The translations under genes were made by a program, and so were the position numbers. Positions 1 through 14,600 of a stretch of DNA of 64,000 bases are shown piece after piece (the stretch's first letter is position 1; each line of letters begins with the position of its first letter). The stretch comes from Raillietiella orientalis (lineage: Eukaryota): contig JAYWIR010000026.1 in NCBI GenBank assembly GCA_036172245.1, positions 1,984,001 to 2,048,000 of the forward strand, given 5' to 3'. Under the pieces are notes generated by a model. The model was not told where the DNA came from. It did not search any database and saw only the letters and a list, made by a program, of their open reading frames with translations.

Positions 1-3000
1 TCCTCGTGCCGCCCGCTTCTCCCCTCCATCTTTGTCAGTTGTCCCGGGACGCGAGACGACTTCCCTGGAGCGCCGAGAGGAGCAAGAGAAGCGGCCCAAA
101 CCTGCGGGAGACGACACCAAGTGGCCCTCCTTCTAATGGCCCGGATGGCGCCTTCTTTGCTGCGCTCCGGCGAGTGAGCGGGCAGAGTGACCACGACCGG
201 GAGAAAAAGGGGAGGAATGGGGAGGGGAAAACCCCCATGGGAGCATCACTCCTGTGGTGACCCTTCTCTTACTCGTCTCCCTTCTCCTTATGCAGGGGGA
301 AGCGCGGGGAAAGAGCGGAGTGGATTCTTCTCCTTCGGCACCCCATCGGGGAAGCCCCTTTCATGCCACGTGCGCGAGCGGCCAGAAAGGCGCGGTGCCT
401 CTGCGACGGGAAATTTCGCCGCGGCTGGGAGGGTTTCGCTCCCAGAGCAGCGAGCGGGGCGTGCAGGGGAGTCTCGGCACTCTCTGCCGGGCTCCGACCC
501 CATCTCTGGGCGCTTGTCCAAGACAAGGGCGAGTGGGCGGAGGGATTGAAAGGAGTGGAGTCTCCGCGCACCCTTGCGACCCGGAATTCCCGCTATCCGT
601 CTCCTCGTTCCCCTCGCCCAGGAGGCGCGCGCGGGCTCGTCCTCCCCGCAGGCGGTCGAGGGGAACGGCGCGCCAGGGACTTCCCGTCCTATTGCCAGGG
701 GCGCGCAAGCGCGCGGGGTCGCCCCGACCCTCGCTCCCTCCCAGCTTCCCTCCCTTCCTCCCTCCCTCCCCGCCAGGACGGATATCCCGGGATAATTGCC
801 GGCGTTCCCGCGCGACACCCGCCGCTTCCCTTCCCCGGCCGTGCGAGCGCTCCCGGCTCGGCCGACGCGCCCCGAATCCCATTGCGTCCCTTTTAATCTT
901 CCTCATCCGCCGGGGCTTTTCCTCGGCTCGGAACGCCCCGGCTCGATCCCTGGGGAAGCAGGGAGCGTTCCGGAGGATCCAGCAACGCAATCCGGGTGGG
1001 AAAACGACGACTCCCGAGAAGCGTCCCAGAGAGCTCCGGTGCAGTGGGAGGGTGCCGGGTCTCAAGGGCTTGTTCCTTCTAGGAGGGGGAAGATGGGTCA
1101 GTAGTGGGGATGAGGGGGCCCTTCGTCTCCGTCTTCACCTATCTCGGTCTCACCGCGCGCTCTCCGTAGGACCCCGTGCGCCATAACCCGCCAAGAGCGG
1201 CTGCGGGCCAGGAGAGGAAGGGAGGGAGGAGAACTGTGCTCTGTGCATGCGCGCGTCCGGCTGGCTGGTCCGCGCCGAAGAACGCCAGGGCCAACGACTG
1301 GTCGTCTCACGAGCGCGAGCGCTGCGACGAGAGAGTTTTCCTCCGCTCCCTAACGGGGCTCCTGCGGTTGCTGAGCAACGTGCGTATGTCCAGAGGGACG
1401 CTCGTGTAAGAAGAAACGACGCAGGAGTCGAAAGATGAGGAGGAGGAGGAGGGTCGGAGCCCCTTCTCCCTGGCAGCAAGCGGCCTTGGCAACGGCTATC
1501 GGACAGCGCTGGGGCGGCTTCCGACCAAAGACCGAAGCCGCCTTCAGCAAGCGGCAGCGGCGGCAAGGGCCCAGGGGTGACCCGCAAGAAGGAAGGGGCT
1601 TCCCTCTCATCGCTCCGCCACCAGCCGTGGCTGCCGCAGCGACGGCTGGTGGCGGCCACGGCGGACAAACCGCCCGTGTAACGTCGCAATCCCCACGCGG
1701 ACTCTTCTGTCCCGAAAGAGACCACCGTCTCTCCTAGCAGTTTCTCGGTCTGCTTCCGGGCAACACCAGGAGGAGGCACCGGGAAGGGTGAGTCTAGGAG
1801 CAGACGTGGAGGTGGTGGTGGGGGGTGATGAGGAAAAGGAGCTTGCATCCATCTGCCTGAGGGCGTGGCCTCGGCGAGTCCCTCCACTTAGCCTTCCTTT
1901 GGGGACGGAAAGCCCGCAAAGAGACGGCCTCGATTCCTCAGCGGCCCGAAACTGCCCCGGGCGCTTCGGCAGCGACGCTGCGCGAACGAACCGGCCCTGG
2001 CCTCGTTCTCCTGGGTCGCCGGTACGTAACGGTCGTCCTCAGTGCAGTCCACTTCTTGCTCTCCTGAGAGGCGGCAGTTGTCCCCGTCCAGTCAACCCCT
2101 GGGAGGAAGGGGGGGGAGACACTGCGAAAGAAGCCCCGTATCGTTACGGAAGACGGAGGGAGCCCACTTCCTGGATGCGGCCGATCCGGGAAAGTTCAGC
2201 GGAGATGCGGAGGGGTGAGCGCGTGCTCACGCGAGCTCCATTCTCCCCGTAGCGTTGGCAATTCGGCCGCTGCGTTCGGGTGAAGAGCACTTCCTTCCTG
2301 GAAGGAGGGAGGGAGAAGAGGGGGCGGAATAGCCACATCCAACGAGGCATCCCCTCTCCCGAGAGCTCGTGTATCACCTTCTCCCTTGGCAAACTTAACC
2401 CACGCCTCCGGTGAGCAGCCGCGGCTTCGCTGACGTCACCGGATCGCGTGAGTCAGGACAGACGTGGAAGGGGGGGGGGGAAGGGGGACGCAGGATCACC
2501 ATGAATGAGTGCGGCCTACGGGAGGGGAGCTCAGGATGCACTGCTTGCAACACGGGGCCAAGGGCAAGCAGAACCCTCCGGGCTCCTGCCTGCCCTTCAG
2601 TGTTCGGGAGCGACCAGCCCTGGGAACAACTCACGTCCCTGGGGAGAAGGCCTGTCTATAGACCTTCCCACTCCCATCCCTCCTCCGCCTTGCTGCTTCT
2701 AGGGAGGGATTGGGGGACCAATTGCAAACGGATGACCGCTCGCGCCCCTGGGCGAGCCGGACGCCACACCCATCATCTGGGAGGTCGCACCCCTCTTCGA
2801 GGTGCGGAGAGCGGAGGATGTCTGAGTGGCATTTGCACGTTCCAAGCGGGAAGTTGCGAGGTAGGGTGTCCCAAGGGAGGGAGGGGAAGGGTGCATGGCG
2901 ACGCACCTCTCCTTCCCCTCCCTTCCGAGGGACTCACCACCAGCTCTTCTTCTGTAGACAGCTGCTGCCGCTGCGTCCTGGATCCGAAGCGGGAGTAGCG

Positions 3001-5581
3001 ATTCGCAGTCTGCAAGCGGGAGAGGGGGAGAGCACGGGAGCAGCCGACGGGAAGGAGGGGATTCCGCCAGATGTTTCCCCCTCCGACCATCCCGAAACCC
3101 TCGGTGCGGAACAGCCGGGCTGGCTGGGAACCTCCTCTGTCCTCCCACTCGCTCGCCCACCCATGTCCCTTTCCCTGCCAGAAGGAGTCCAGGGCCCTGT
3201 GGGATCTCACGGCGAACTGGCTGGAGCCTCAGAGCGGCGCTACCAGTCACGGGAGCAGTCGAGGCTGCCGTGCGCTTTGTGAGGTGCTAAGGGCGTAAGA
3301 GTGGGGGAGAGCGAAGGACTCCAGGATGCCATGTCCCTTCAAGGAGGGGATCCACACTCCGACCCATTGGAAAGGGTCAAGGGGCCGATCTCTAGCCCGC
3401 CTTTGGGAAATTGGAGACCGTGACGGTACATTAGCTTGCCAAAGAAACTCCACATCCACCACCTTGTCCTTCCTGGACGGGCGGGGCCTCCTTGCAGGGA
3501 GCAACGACTTTCCCCTGTCCAGAAGCTTCCCTGCTACTCCCTGCGAACCCTGGGTCCCTCGGACCCCAGGTGCCCCATGTCGAGGGTCTACTAACACTGC
3601 CCACATTTCTAGGATGCTCCAGGAACGTCCGCTTGCGGTTTCCGCGCTCCCGGAGAGAGGGGCTGGGCCGGGGGAGGGCACGTACCGAACGAGGGGCGAA
3701 GGAGGGAAGGGAAGGGAGGTGGCGGCAGTGGAAGCGAAAATCGATGGAGGGGGAGGAGGAACCCTTGCGCTGCAATTACGGCCAGCGGACGCTGGGGGGA
3801 GCTGCAGACGTTTCCGCCCGTCCGTCCCTGCCCCAGGGGCGTGCCCGCATTAATCACTGACGGAACGGCAGACGAAGATCGGCGGAGGCTGGGCACAGGG
3901 AGAGAGCGCGCGCGCCAGAGAGCGCGCGGGCGAGAGAGGAGGGGAAGCAAAACCCGGGAACGACTCTCCGTAATTAAAACGGGCTCTCCCGTCTTCCGGT
4001 TTTTCCCGTAGGGTAAGGGTAAGCAGGGTATGGGAGGAGGGAGGGGTGGAAGAGGTCATCGATTTTCGCCTGTCGGTCGGTCCCGCGCCGCGGTTCGCGC
4101 GCTCCCTGCCGGAAGCCAAAAAAAAAAAAAAAAGGAAAGAAAGAAAACCACACGGAGAGCAGCACGTCGGGGCGCGCCTTCCGCACTCGATCAACGCCGG
4201 AGGGCCATCGAGGCGGCGGGCGGGCGCCCGGCAAAGAGGCAGAGGAGGAGGTTAGCTGCGCCCCCAGGCGGAGGAGCCGGTCCGCAGCGGAGGCAGGGGG
4301 GAAAGCCGGAGGAACTGGCGGGCCGTTCCAGGCAGGCAGCTGGCGCTGCCGCCCGAGCAGGTGGGCGCAGTCTCCCGGGAAGGTCGGTCGGTTCGCCAGT
4401 ATCCTCGCGACTGGTCTCCTCCGCTCGGACGCGCTGGAACCCCAGCGAGTGACAGAGAGAGCGAGCGGGCGCGTGAGAGAGATAGGGTTCGCCCGACGGT
4501 CCGGCCAACCTCCGCCGCCCCCTTCCCTCACTCTCTCGGTCGGCGGACCCTGGCGCTGCCGAGAGAGAGCAGCAGCGAGCGAGGGAGCGGGCGGCAAACG
4601 CGCGGCGGCGGGACCGGAGAAGGTTCGAGAAGTGCCAGCCGCTGCCACTGCCGACTGCCGTTTTCCCGGGAGAGGCGCTCGTCGGCCGGCCGCGTCTACT
4701 GCTCCACGCGGTCACGGCGTCGCCGTCGCGGGTGCGCCTCGGGCGGGGAGCCGAAGGGCGCGCGCAGGACCGCCGCTCACTCCCGCAGAGGCGTCCTCCG
4801 AGGGGCCGACAAAGGTGGGGCGCGAGGGGATGGAGGCGAGGAGAATTCCGAGGCCCGCTGTTTCTGGGGAGAACCGGCACGTTGCTGTGGCAGCCGGTGG
4901 AGAGCTCACCAAGGCCGGGCGGCGGACAAGGAGACCCCCGCCTCGTCCTCCGTCGGTCCTTTCCCTTTAGCTTCCCCGAGGGAGAGCAGGGAAAAAGGGG
5001 CTGTTTTCGGGAACGCCTCCCTCCACTTCCCGGTCACCTGCGTGGGCGGCTGCTGGGATCGCTGCGGATCTCGCCCGGGGACCGCCGCACGCACAAGTCC
5101 TCCTCTGGGACTGCCTATCTAGCGCGCCTCCGCCTGCGTGGCACTCTCGTGTTCCCCGTGCGCAGACGCTCAGTGGCTCTCTGTCCTCCAGGCGGTGGGG
5201 ACTCAGTCCCCGGGAGAAACGAGCACAAAAGAAAGGAGAGGGGGTGCGGAAGAGGCTTCTTGCTTCTTCCCTTTGGGGGGACAGGAGCGTCCGGCTTCCT
5301 CTCCCCGAAGGAGGAAGAAAGCTGCCCCCCCCCCCCCGATTCCGACAGCGAGTCGCCACCGGCTTGTCTCTCCGGTGCCACTCGCGACCTGCCCCGGCGT
5401 CACCGCTGCCTCCATCGCCACGCCACTGTGGCAGCGAGCGAGCGAGAGCCACGCCCATTCGCCTCTCTACCCTCGAACGCGCGACTTTCCGATGCCCTTC
5501 CCGGCAGTCTGCCCTCCTTTCTGTCGTCTTGCAAAACGCGCGCGTCCACCCGCCCGCCCCGCAGCCACCGCGCGCGCACGC

Positions 5582-5648
5582 AAAAAAAAAAAAAAAAATG
5601 GGGAAAGGAGGGGGGAAGGGGAAAACACACACACACACACACACACAC
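5582..5648. repeat. A17 run and (AC)12 microsatellite
   Basis: Read directly: A run 5582-5598, (AC)12 5625-5648. Confidence 0.95.
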
Positions 5649-8600
5649 AGCAGCGAGAGCGCTCGAGAGGAAGAAAAAGAAAAGCGAAGAGGCGACCGCT
5701 CGCCCGCCCGCCTCCCCTCGGAGGCTCGACAGTGAGGATTTCCCCTCCCCTCACCCTCACCGCGACCGCGTGCTGGTCTGGTGCACCCGCTGAGCCACCG
5801 AACTCGGCCTGCCCGACGTCTCGTAACGGAGCTCTTCCCGACCGCTTCCCTCCCCTTATCTCTCCCAGGAGGGGGAGCGGGGCTCACGACTCGCAGACGA
5901 GAGCTCTCTGCCCCCGCCGCCGCCGCTGCAGCAGCAGCAGCAGCAGCCGTCACTTGGCAGCGTTCCAAAACTCTCGCTTTCTTCATCTGCTCTTCTCCTC
6001 TCCCACCTCCCCCCCCTGCTGTCCTGACTCGACCGAGGCGTGAGGCTCACATCTCTCCCCCTCCCTCCTCGACTCGACCCCCGCTCCTTCCCGTGGGGAT
6101 TTCGCGCTCCCCGAGTTTTCTCCCTCCTGAAGGAGATCCGGGCAAGGGGGTGAAACTGGGGAGAGGGGATGCTCGTGCGGAGTGCGGAGGAGGAGGCGTC
6201 CTTGCGCTCTCCTTTCACGGTTCCCCCTGCACTTTCACGCTGCTGATGGCCGTGTCCGCCTTTCGTCACGGGTCCAGGTCAGCCTCCGTGGCTGTGGAGC
6301 TGGGCTCGTCCGCCGCTTTCCGTGTCTCCCCATCGATCTGGCGCTCTCGGATTCTCCTCCCCGGACCGGCTCTGGGAGGAGGAGGAAGACGCGCTCCACG
6401 AGCGTTTTCCTCGGCCACTCTCCCGTCCGTCTTGCCCCGAGAAAAACGGGGGCGGCACGGCGGGGCGTTCCCAACGGGACATCCGCTGCAGCCTCCCGTC
6501 ACCGGAAGGACTTCCTTCCCTTCCCCCCCTCCCCTCTGCGCGGGGGACTTATGCACTCTGAGTCGCGGCCGTCCGAGACCCGGCCGTATTCAGCGGCTCG
6601 CGCGCTCTTCCACGCTTCCTCCTCCCCCCTCCTTCGTTCCTCCTCCGAGGTCTCCTGAAAGGCAGGCGCTCCGGAGACGCTCTGCCGCCCTCCTCCCCAG
6701 AAACCGACTCTCCCCCAGTACACGGAATACTCCCCACCTCACTCCCCGCTTCCTGAAACACCTTCCCAGCTGTGTTTCCCGAACAACGGGAGGCTGCCCC
6801 GTTGATCCCTTTCTTCCGGTCTTTCATCCGGAGATTTCATTAGCGGGAGCCTCCGGATGATTCAGAAACGCGCTGATGCCTGCTCGCGAGGAAGGCAAAG
6901 CGCTGCGAAGTCCCGTCGTTGTATCCCGCGTCCCAGGTTCCCCGCGTAGCAGCCCCGAAGGGACACTCCGGGATGCCCCTCTTCCTGAGTTTCCCAATTA
7001 TTCTCAGCTCCTTATGAGCTTTCGCAGACTGCTGCTTCCCTCTTCCTTCCTTCTACCTCCCGAAAAAGCGCTCCCCTCTTCCTGGGAAAAAGATCGAACC
7101 CGGGCGAAATCCACTGCCTCCTCTCCCCGAGCTCCTCTTTCCTAGCTGCCCAGGTTCCCGTTTTTTTTTTTTGCCCTTCCTCTTTTTCCTGAGGGCTTTT
7201 CGTTGCCGGTGGGAAGTGGACAAGTCCCTTCTTCGAGTCCGAAAATCATCCCGAGACTTCCGGATCGCCCCTTCCCATTCGGCTCCCGTCCCCCTACAGG
7301 ATGCGAAGGCAGCAGCCACCGCGCCGGACGACGAACCGTTCTTCCTTTTCCTTTCCTCCTGAAGTTTTCCCCATTGAGGAAGGTGGGAGAAGGGGACGAA
7401 CCCCCGACCTTTCTGCACCGCGTCATTTTCGAGACCCTCCCTGCGGTGGCCGAGTCTGGGACGACCCCGGCAACGCCGCTAGGCAGTCGGGAGCGTCCCG
7501 CGGAGAGTTCCCACCGGAGCGATGCCTTCTCTCGAATTCCTTGCCGAGGAAAACACGGGGGTGGGGTTGAATTGGGTGGCCTCAGCACCCTCGGCCCCAA
7601 GAACTAGCCCCCAGAGTCCGGGAGGCAAGATACCCCAGACGCCTGTGAGGAGCTTCCACGGCATTCATCCCGTGGATCTAGGAAGCCGTCGGTATCGATC
7701 ACGGAGAGTTCGGGAAGGGAAAAAAGGAAAAAAAGGAAAGAGAAAAAAAAGGGGAGGGGAGGGGGGAGGAAGAAGAAACGGGAACCGTCCCGCGCCCTCA
7801 GCGGGGAAGGGAGGGGGAGAAAGGATGGTCTCCTCCGGAAGTAAGAGAGGAGCTCTCCCATTGTATAGCCCATTCCGCCTTGGCACCCGCGCGATCGCAG
7901 CCGGCTGCCGCCGCCGCTGCTCCAGGCTCTGCCTTCGGAGACGAAAATGCACGCGCGGCGGAGGCGGGGCGGCGCTGCCTGTCCCGAGAGCGTGCACCGT
8001 GTCCTGGCCGAAGCATCGCTAAAAACGCACGGGGGGGAGAGGGGGGGAGAATGCGGGATTCGACCGGGAAGTCGTCTTCCCTCCCCCTCCCTCCAGCGCG
8101 CTCGCAGAACCACGATTGCAGGCAGCTGAGGAGAACCCGCGCGCGCTCGGCGGCAGCCGCGGCGCCGAAAATGGGGATCCTCTCCCGTCTCTTGCTTCTT
8201 GGCGGCGAGCCCTCGCCGACGACGACCCCGCACCTCGGTCCGGAGGCGGTGTCCAAACAAGTCCGAAGCGCGCGCGGACTACATCTCGGCCGAGCGGATC
8301 GGAGGCTCCACCACCATCCACGCCTCGCACACGCGCGCGCGCGCGGCCAGGAGTGCGGCCGTGGGGGAGGAGAACAAGAAGAAGAAGGAGGGAGGGAGGG
8401 GGGGGGGAGAAGATGCCTTCGCAGGCGCCGCCGCCGCGTCCGGTCGCGCGGGCCCAGCCAAGGGAAGCGCTTCCTCCTCCTCGCTGCTTACCTCTGGAGA
8501 ACGACCGACCTGCATCCGGCTGTTCATCCTCGCATTGTTGCTGCTGATGCCTTGGGCGCGACGGGTCGGAGTCAGTCGGGACGGAGGCGCGCGCGCGACA

Positions 8601-11600
8601 GAGCAGCTCCCGCGCATCCGTGGTGGCGGCGGCTTTCGCACGGAGAGCGCGCGCTCTCTCTCCCTTCCAGAGGGCCACTTCTCGTGGAGCATCCCGCCGA
8701 CTCCGGAGCGGCCTCCCAAGCGGAATCGTCGGCGTTCGTGATCGGTTCAGCTCCCGAGCAGGGTGGCGAGCGGAGGCGTGATGGGGGTTTCTTCCGGGCA
8801 GAGGGAGGGTAGGTGCAAAGATCTTCACTGAGAGACACTTCGCAGCCGTCGCCGTCTTTGTTGGTCCGGGAAAACGTCCAGACTGCTACCCCCCCACTCT
8901 CCGGGAGCTCCGTCCCCTGCTGGCTGCAGCAGGCGCCGTGGAGGGCGCCGCAACTTCGCCTGGGCTTTCGAAGAGCGCGGTCTTGCCGGGAGCCCCTGGC
9001 CCTTGCCCGACGAAAGGGCGTGCCGGCGGGGAGATCTCGCCTCCTCCGCCCTGCCTTCCTGCTGACGGAAGCAGTCCCCTCCCTCAAACGGGCATCCTCT
9101 CCTCGAAACCGAAGGGCCTCCTTCCTCTCGGTGGCGACTCCGCAGATGTGGGCCGCGGGACTGCCCTTCCGTCCTCCTAGTTTCCCCTCGGGAAGAAAGT
9201 GCGCCCGCGTAGCTCGGCGAGTCTCGTTGCCCTACGCGACCGGAGGACGACCTGCGCGCCGCACGCATGCGCACCTGTCGTTCGAGCGACGCGACCATCC
9301 CCACCGGTGGTTCTTCGCCCGCTCGCTGGCAGCTCCGGAGAAAACAGAATGGCGCTCCCGGGTGGTTCGCTGGCGTCCGCAGCAGCCGAGCCATCCGCAG
9401 GAATGGCCGAGCAAGCGATGAGGGCGCGCGTTTGCGGGCCAGCGCTCTCGCGATGCCCGAGGTTCCTGTGGGACACGCGCTGGTCGAAACCTACGCACGC
9501 TTCTGTCCCTACCGAGCCGGGATCGCGGGCATCGTTTCCCGCTTGATTTTTTCTTCGAGAGTTTCGATACAGCTTGACCCCGTGGAACTCCGGTCAGGGA
9601 AAGCGCATTCGGGGATCCGCGTTTCCGGGAGAGGGCGCGGTGGGAGCGCTGCGTGCCGAGGAGCGCGCAGGAAGCGCAGCGGAGGGATGCAACAATGCCG
9701 ACAACGGAATCCGGCAATCGGAAGAGGGGGGTGGCGAAGTCTCCACCGGATTCCACTTCCGCAGGGGGAGGGGGGGGGACCACTTCCCTCTTCCTTCGCG
9801 GGTTCTGAGGCGTCCTTTTGCGCGCGCTTTCCCGAGGAGGAAGCAGCGGCGAGCGTTTCGTCGTCGCCGCCGCCGCCGCCGTCGACAGACGCTCCCGCTG
9901 TCGGACGGACGTTCCAATTGCGCGGGAAGCCTCAGGTGCTGCTGATGATACTGCACTTTGATCTTAGCCAAAAGGCCGAGGAGCGAGTGTGCTGCTGATG
10001 ATGATGATGCTGCGAACGCGATTTTCTCCGAGTTCGAACCTCCCCCCCTTCCTTCACTCTACGGCGCGCCTGCCAGTTCCCCTTAACCTCTCTTTTTTCC
10101 TTTTTTTTTCTTCCTTTTTTTTACCTCCTGCTGCTCCCCTGGGTGTCTGCGTTTGCACGCGCGCCTTCCGCATCTCATGCGCAAAGACTGACCGACGGAG
10201 CGGCGGCGCGCGCGCGCTCACACACGCTACGTAAAATCGAGAAACGGTGGGTGCGGCCGTCCGCCGAGTCGCTCGGGCTGAGCACGTACCCTCCTCCCCC
10301 CCCCCCCCCCAACCTCCAGTTTGAGGTCCTGAGAAATCGATGGCAGAGAGGCCAAAGGGTTAGGGAATGTGGCCTGGCTTAAGGAAACCCGAGATGCGCA
10401 TTTACGGGGTTGCCAACGGTACGCATTTTTTATTGCTCGAGGAGGCGCCTGCTCTTAGCGTGCGCTCAGTAGCAGCGCTATGGGTGGTGCCTATCCGAAG
10501 CGCTCTGGAAGTGGATCCAGGTGGAGCAGGCGAGTGGGATAAAAAATTCGCCTATGTATCGAGACGGGGAAGAGCCCAGGACGGATTCGAGCACTCCCGA
10601 CGTCGAGCCGAGAGGGCAGGAGGTGCGGTCAGGAATGTGGTGAAGAGGAGCGCGCGCGCCGGCGGAAAAGGGGGAGGCGGGGTGCGATGGAGCCCCGGGC
10701 TGGCGAACGAGGCTCCGCTCTTTTACCCAGCCAGGATAGGTCGAGCAGGACGGTGGCGCCGAGGACCAGCGCTTCCCAATTCTCCAGAGCGGTGCCTCCG
10801 GAGCGTCCCCGCCAGCGTCTCGCGGGCATCGTGAGGAGCACAAAGGGGAGCGCGGCGGGCGAAGCGGAACGCAACCACAAAAAGGACCACACCTCGCAGC
10901 CGGTCTCCCGACTCAGCAACGCGCTCCTTTTGTGCAACCCTTCTTGTTTGATCTCGCTTCGCAAACATCTGCGGATGCTGTTTGAGGATGGCGCTGCACC
11001 TTCAAAGGTGCTCGAGACGTTCGGTTCGGCGCCGCGGGAGTCGCAGGAAGCGCCCGACATTCCGGCTAGGCGCGCGCGCGCGCTCGCCGGGAGCTCTTCC
11101 ACCTGGCCTGCGGTCCTCTCTCCCGCTCAGCCCACGTGGATCTGAACTCCTGGATCAGTCGGGCATATACGATCGCGGAAAGGGCTCTCGACGCTCCTCT
11201 GAGGATCCCGGGACTTCCTGCTTGCGGCATCCAGAGCTGTTGGTTCCAGGATTGCAGGACGGTGAAACGCTAAGAGCGTTTGATACGTCATCTTTCGTCA
11301 AGACGGGATGGGGATTTTCCGAAATTCAATAATCAGGAGGACTCTGGGAGGCCCACGTTCGCCGATTCTCTCCAGCAACACGTTTAATCAGGCTCGTTCT
11401 GCTGCTCTTTCGAAGGTCCTTAAAAACAGGGGAGCCGCCCCTCTCGAGTTTTGCATTTTAATTTTCATGGGCGCCTCACGGATGATATCACACGATCTTC
11501 AACGGATGCATGCGCGTAACACGGCTGACTCTCCCGTTCCTGGGAAGACGGGAGCCACTCCAGAAATTCGGGCCGCCCGCGCGCGAGGAAGAGGGCTCCC

Positions 11601-14600
11601 GTCCGCCGCTGCGGCTGGGAAGTCGGCGGTGCCCTTTCAGACGCGCGCATGCCCGCAAGCACTTCGGTGTGATCATCAGGTCATGTCGTCCAAGACGCCG
11701 GTTTCCAGGGAAGGCTCTACTGATACCTCAGGGGGGATCCCTTTCCCGCTGCTGCTCCAGCGCGGTTGCTGCGGGCGGAGACGTGTGGCTACTGCCACGA
11801 GAGAGACCTTTTCTGAAGCAGAGGAGCGACAGAGAGCCGCCCAGCATCGCCGCGCAACCCATGTCACTCCGGAGACGGAGGCTCTCTTTCCGACGGGGAG
11901 CCGGCCCCATCCCGCCTTCTTAGGTGTAAACGGGAAGTGGACGTAGGCAGGGATCGAAGGCACGCCCCAGTGCCCTCGCTCCCGGAGCGCCTGACCCATC
12001 CACCGCCGTTCCTGAGTATGTCGGCGCCGCATCGGCAAGCGTGGAAAGCCAGCCAGCCGGAGGCGCGGCTGCTCAAGGACATCTCTTCCCGGGACGATGG
12101 TCAACCACCCGCAACAGTCGCCGGGCCTCGGCGTCAGCGCCGTAAAGAGGCCGCGAAAAGCAAACCAAAAAAGAGACCCGTTTTCGAGAGCAGCGAGACA
12201 AGGGAAGCACTACCGCCCCCCCCCCCCCCCGTCCAGGGTCTCAGGCCACTCGCCCTTCCACCAGCGAGCATCTTCCTCCCTGCTCAGGTAGCCGAGCTCC
12301 CCACTAATCAGCACGCGTGCGCGCAAGAAATTGCCTTCCGGACTTGAAGAACACACGAGAAGATTGGTTTCGCTCCGGGATCAAATGAAGAGGTCCACTC
12401 CTGCTGAATCCCGCAGGGATGGGAGTTCGAAGGTGTCCGGTTTAATCTGGCTCGCGTCACGGTTGCCCTCCTCCTCTCCCCCCTTCCCCGGTGCACCCCG
12501 TGTGCCCTTTTCGCGAGCTTCTCGGAGCCGCGAGTGCATGCTACGCGGAGCCTGAAAAGAGCAAAGCATAACAAAACCGGGAAGGCAATCCTCTCCCAGA
12601 AAGAAGAGCGCTCAGCAGCAGGAACCTTACTTTTCCTCCGGGTGCAGGTCGAAGAGCGAGATATCTGGCGGTGGGGGACCGCCTGAGAAAAACGGGGGCG
12701 CCGGGCAGAGGCTTTCGCCTCAAATGCCGCGTCCCACGAGGGACTCGCGCGAGCGATGGCTTCCCCCCGTGTTATCTCGCTCGCGGAACCTTCGCTCCTG
12801 CGGCTCTCCATCTCGTAGCCAGGAGACGGAAAGTTTGTCATTTTCGACAGTTCGCAAGCTTGCGGAGGGAGAAAGCGCCGCCCTTGCATGAGGAATTTCT
12901 CGCCGAAGATCCCCCTCGCTCTGCGGTCCGACGGGTTGTCGCGTGGAGGGGACAACCCGTCGGATCCGTGAAGGGGAGGTGCGCCGTGGGCCTTTCCGGA
13001 AGCGTCGCTAAGGTCCTGCTTCCCGGGAGGCACTCTCGGAAGAAGAGTTTCCCCATGTCCATGAGACGTTTCGGGGACCTCCCGCCTGGCCGGCTCCCTG
13101 CGCTAGCTTCCTCGTCCGGTGCAGCTGACGGAGTGCGCGATTCGCGATCCCCGCCTTCCTTGGGTCTACCTTTCCCTCTCGGCTGCGGACACGCTTCCTG
13201 CTCCGCTGGTGGCGATCCACGTCCTGGTCACGGGTCACCTCTGGAAGGAGCGCTCGAGCTGTGGACGGTTGCGAGCCCCCCCAAGCGTGGAGGAGGCGAA
13301 TCCCTTCCACGCAGCACAGCTTCCGTCTACGGTCTCGGAGGGATGGGGACGGTTGCCTAGTGAGAAGAAAAAGATCTCCAGGAAGTGCCAGAAATAACAG
13401 GTGAGTGGCGTGCACACCCACCTTCGCTAGAGCTTCCGGGAGGCGATGCTCTTTGTTTATTTTCCTATTGCGAGAGTAGCGGTGGTGACACGTCCCACGC
13501 GAATGAAGAGTCGTTGCCATGTCAACATTATCATTCGCTGGGATTTTTTAAACGTGCGATTAAAGAACGACGAAAGCACAGCGGCAATTGAGAAGCAGAG
13601 TGGATCCCCAAATGGGTTTCCACTAGACCGTTCCCCTACCCCCTTTCACTCCCTTCAGCATCCAGGGAGCTTCCAAATCGGTTTCCTCAAGCGGAACTCG
13701 GAGACCGGAGCAGCAGACTAGGAAGTTGAGCGGGAATTGAAGGGTGTCTCTGACGATGCTCCAGACGACGCTGCGAAAAGCATGACCTTTAACGCCCTGA
13801 GGTGCCGGTGCTGTGACGACGCAGTAGCAGCAGCAGTAGTCGCTGTCGCAAGGGAGGAAGGAGGGGGGTGGGGGCATGCAAGGCTGCAACTGAGGTTTCC
13901 ATTTCAGTGGCTCTTTCGGACTGGAAGTAGCGAGGAGAATGAGGGACGCCGTCAAAGAACAGGAGCGCCTTCTCTCTGCTTCGCTGCCCCCGTTGTCGGA
14001 TGCGGAACCCGCGTAACCGGGGGAGTCCGAATCCGATGCGAAGGTCGCCATGACAACCTCACGTTCTGACCTACAGTTTCGGCTCTCGGCATGGAGGAAA
14101 GCGGGTCCCGGCAAACGAAAAACCGAGGTCCCCCCCTCGTACGAGAAAAGAGGGCCTCCTGGCAGTGGTGGTGCTGTTGGGGGGAGGGGGAGTCTCTCCT
14201 CGGCCGGTCAGCTCGCACTGTTGACGTTGTGGAGCGCAGACGCTGTCCTTAGGCTGGGGAAAGGAGGGGAAGCAGGATTTTTCCCGCGCGAGCCTGCAGA
14301 GAACCCCTCCCTACGCTTCCAGCACTGGCCTAGTGAGGGGTCGCCGGGGGGCGAGGCATCTGCTGAATGCTACTGCGAGAGCGGACTGCCCTCTTCGCCT
14401 CAGCCTGAATCTCGACCTCCTCTTCTTACTCCTCCCACGCTGCCTCCGCAGGCTGACGCCACCGTCGCCGCCACCTCCGCAGGCGGCCGGCCTCAGGGCC
14501 GGAGGGCGGGCGGCGGCCTCATCCCTCTTGGAAAGGGAGGGCGGGCGCGCCCGGCTTCGCGGTCCGAAGTGACAGCGGCGAGACATGCGGGGAGGACGCG

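Noticed and set aside
9965..10042. tRNA/SINE-like A box (TAGCCAAAAGG) and B box (GAGTTCGAACCTC)
   Set aside because: The spacing is too long and filled with (GAT)n, the T-stem has only 3 bp, there are no acceptor or anticodon stems, and I saw no second copy.
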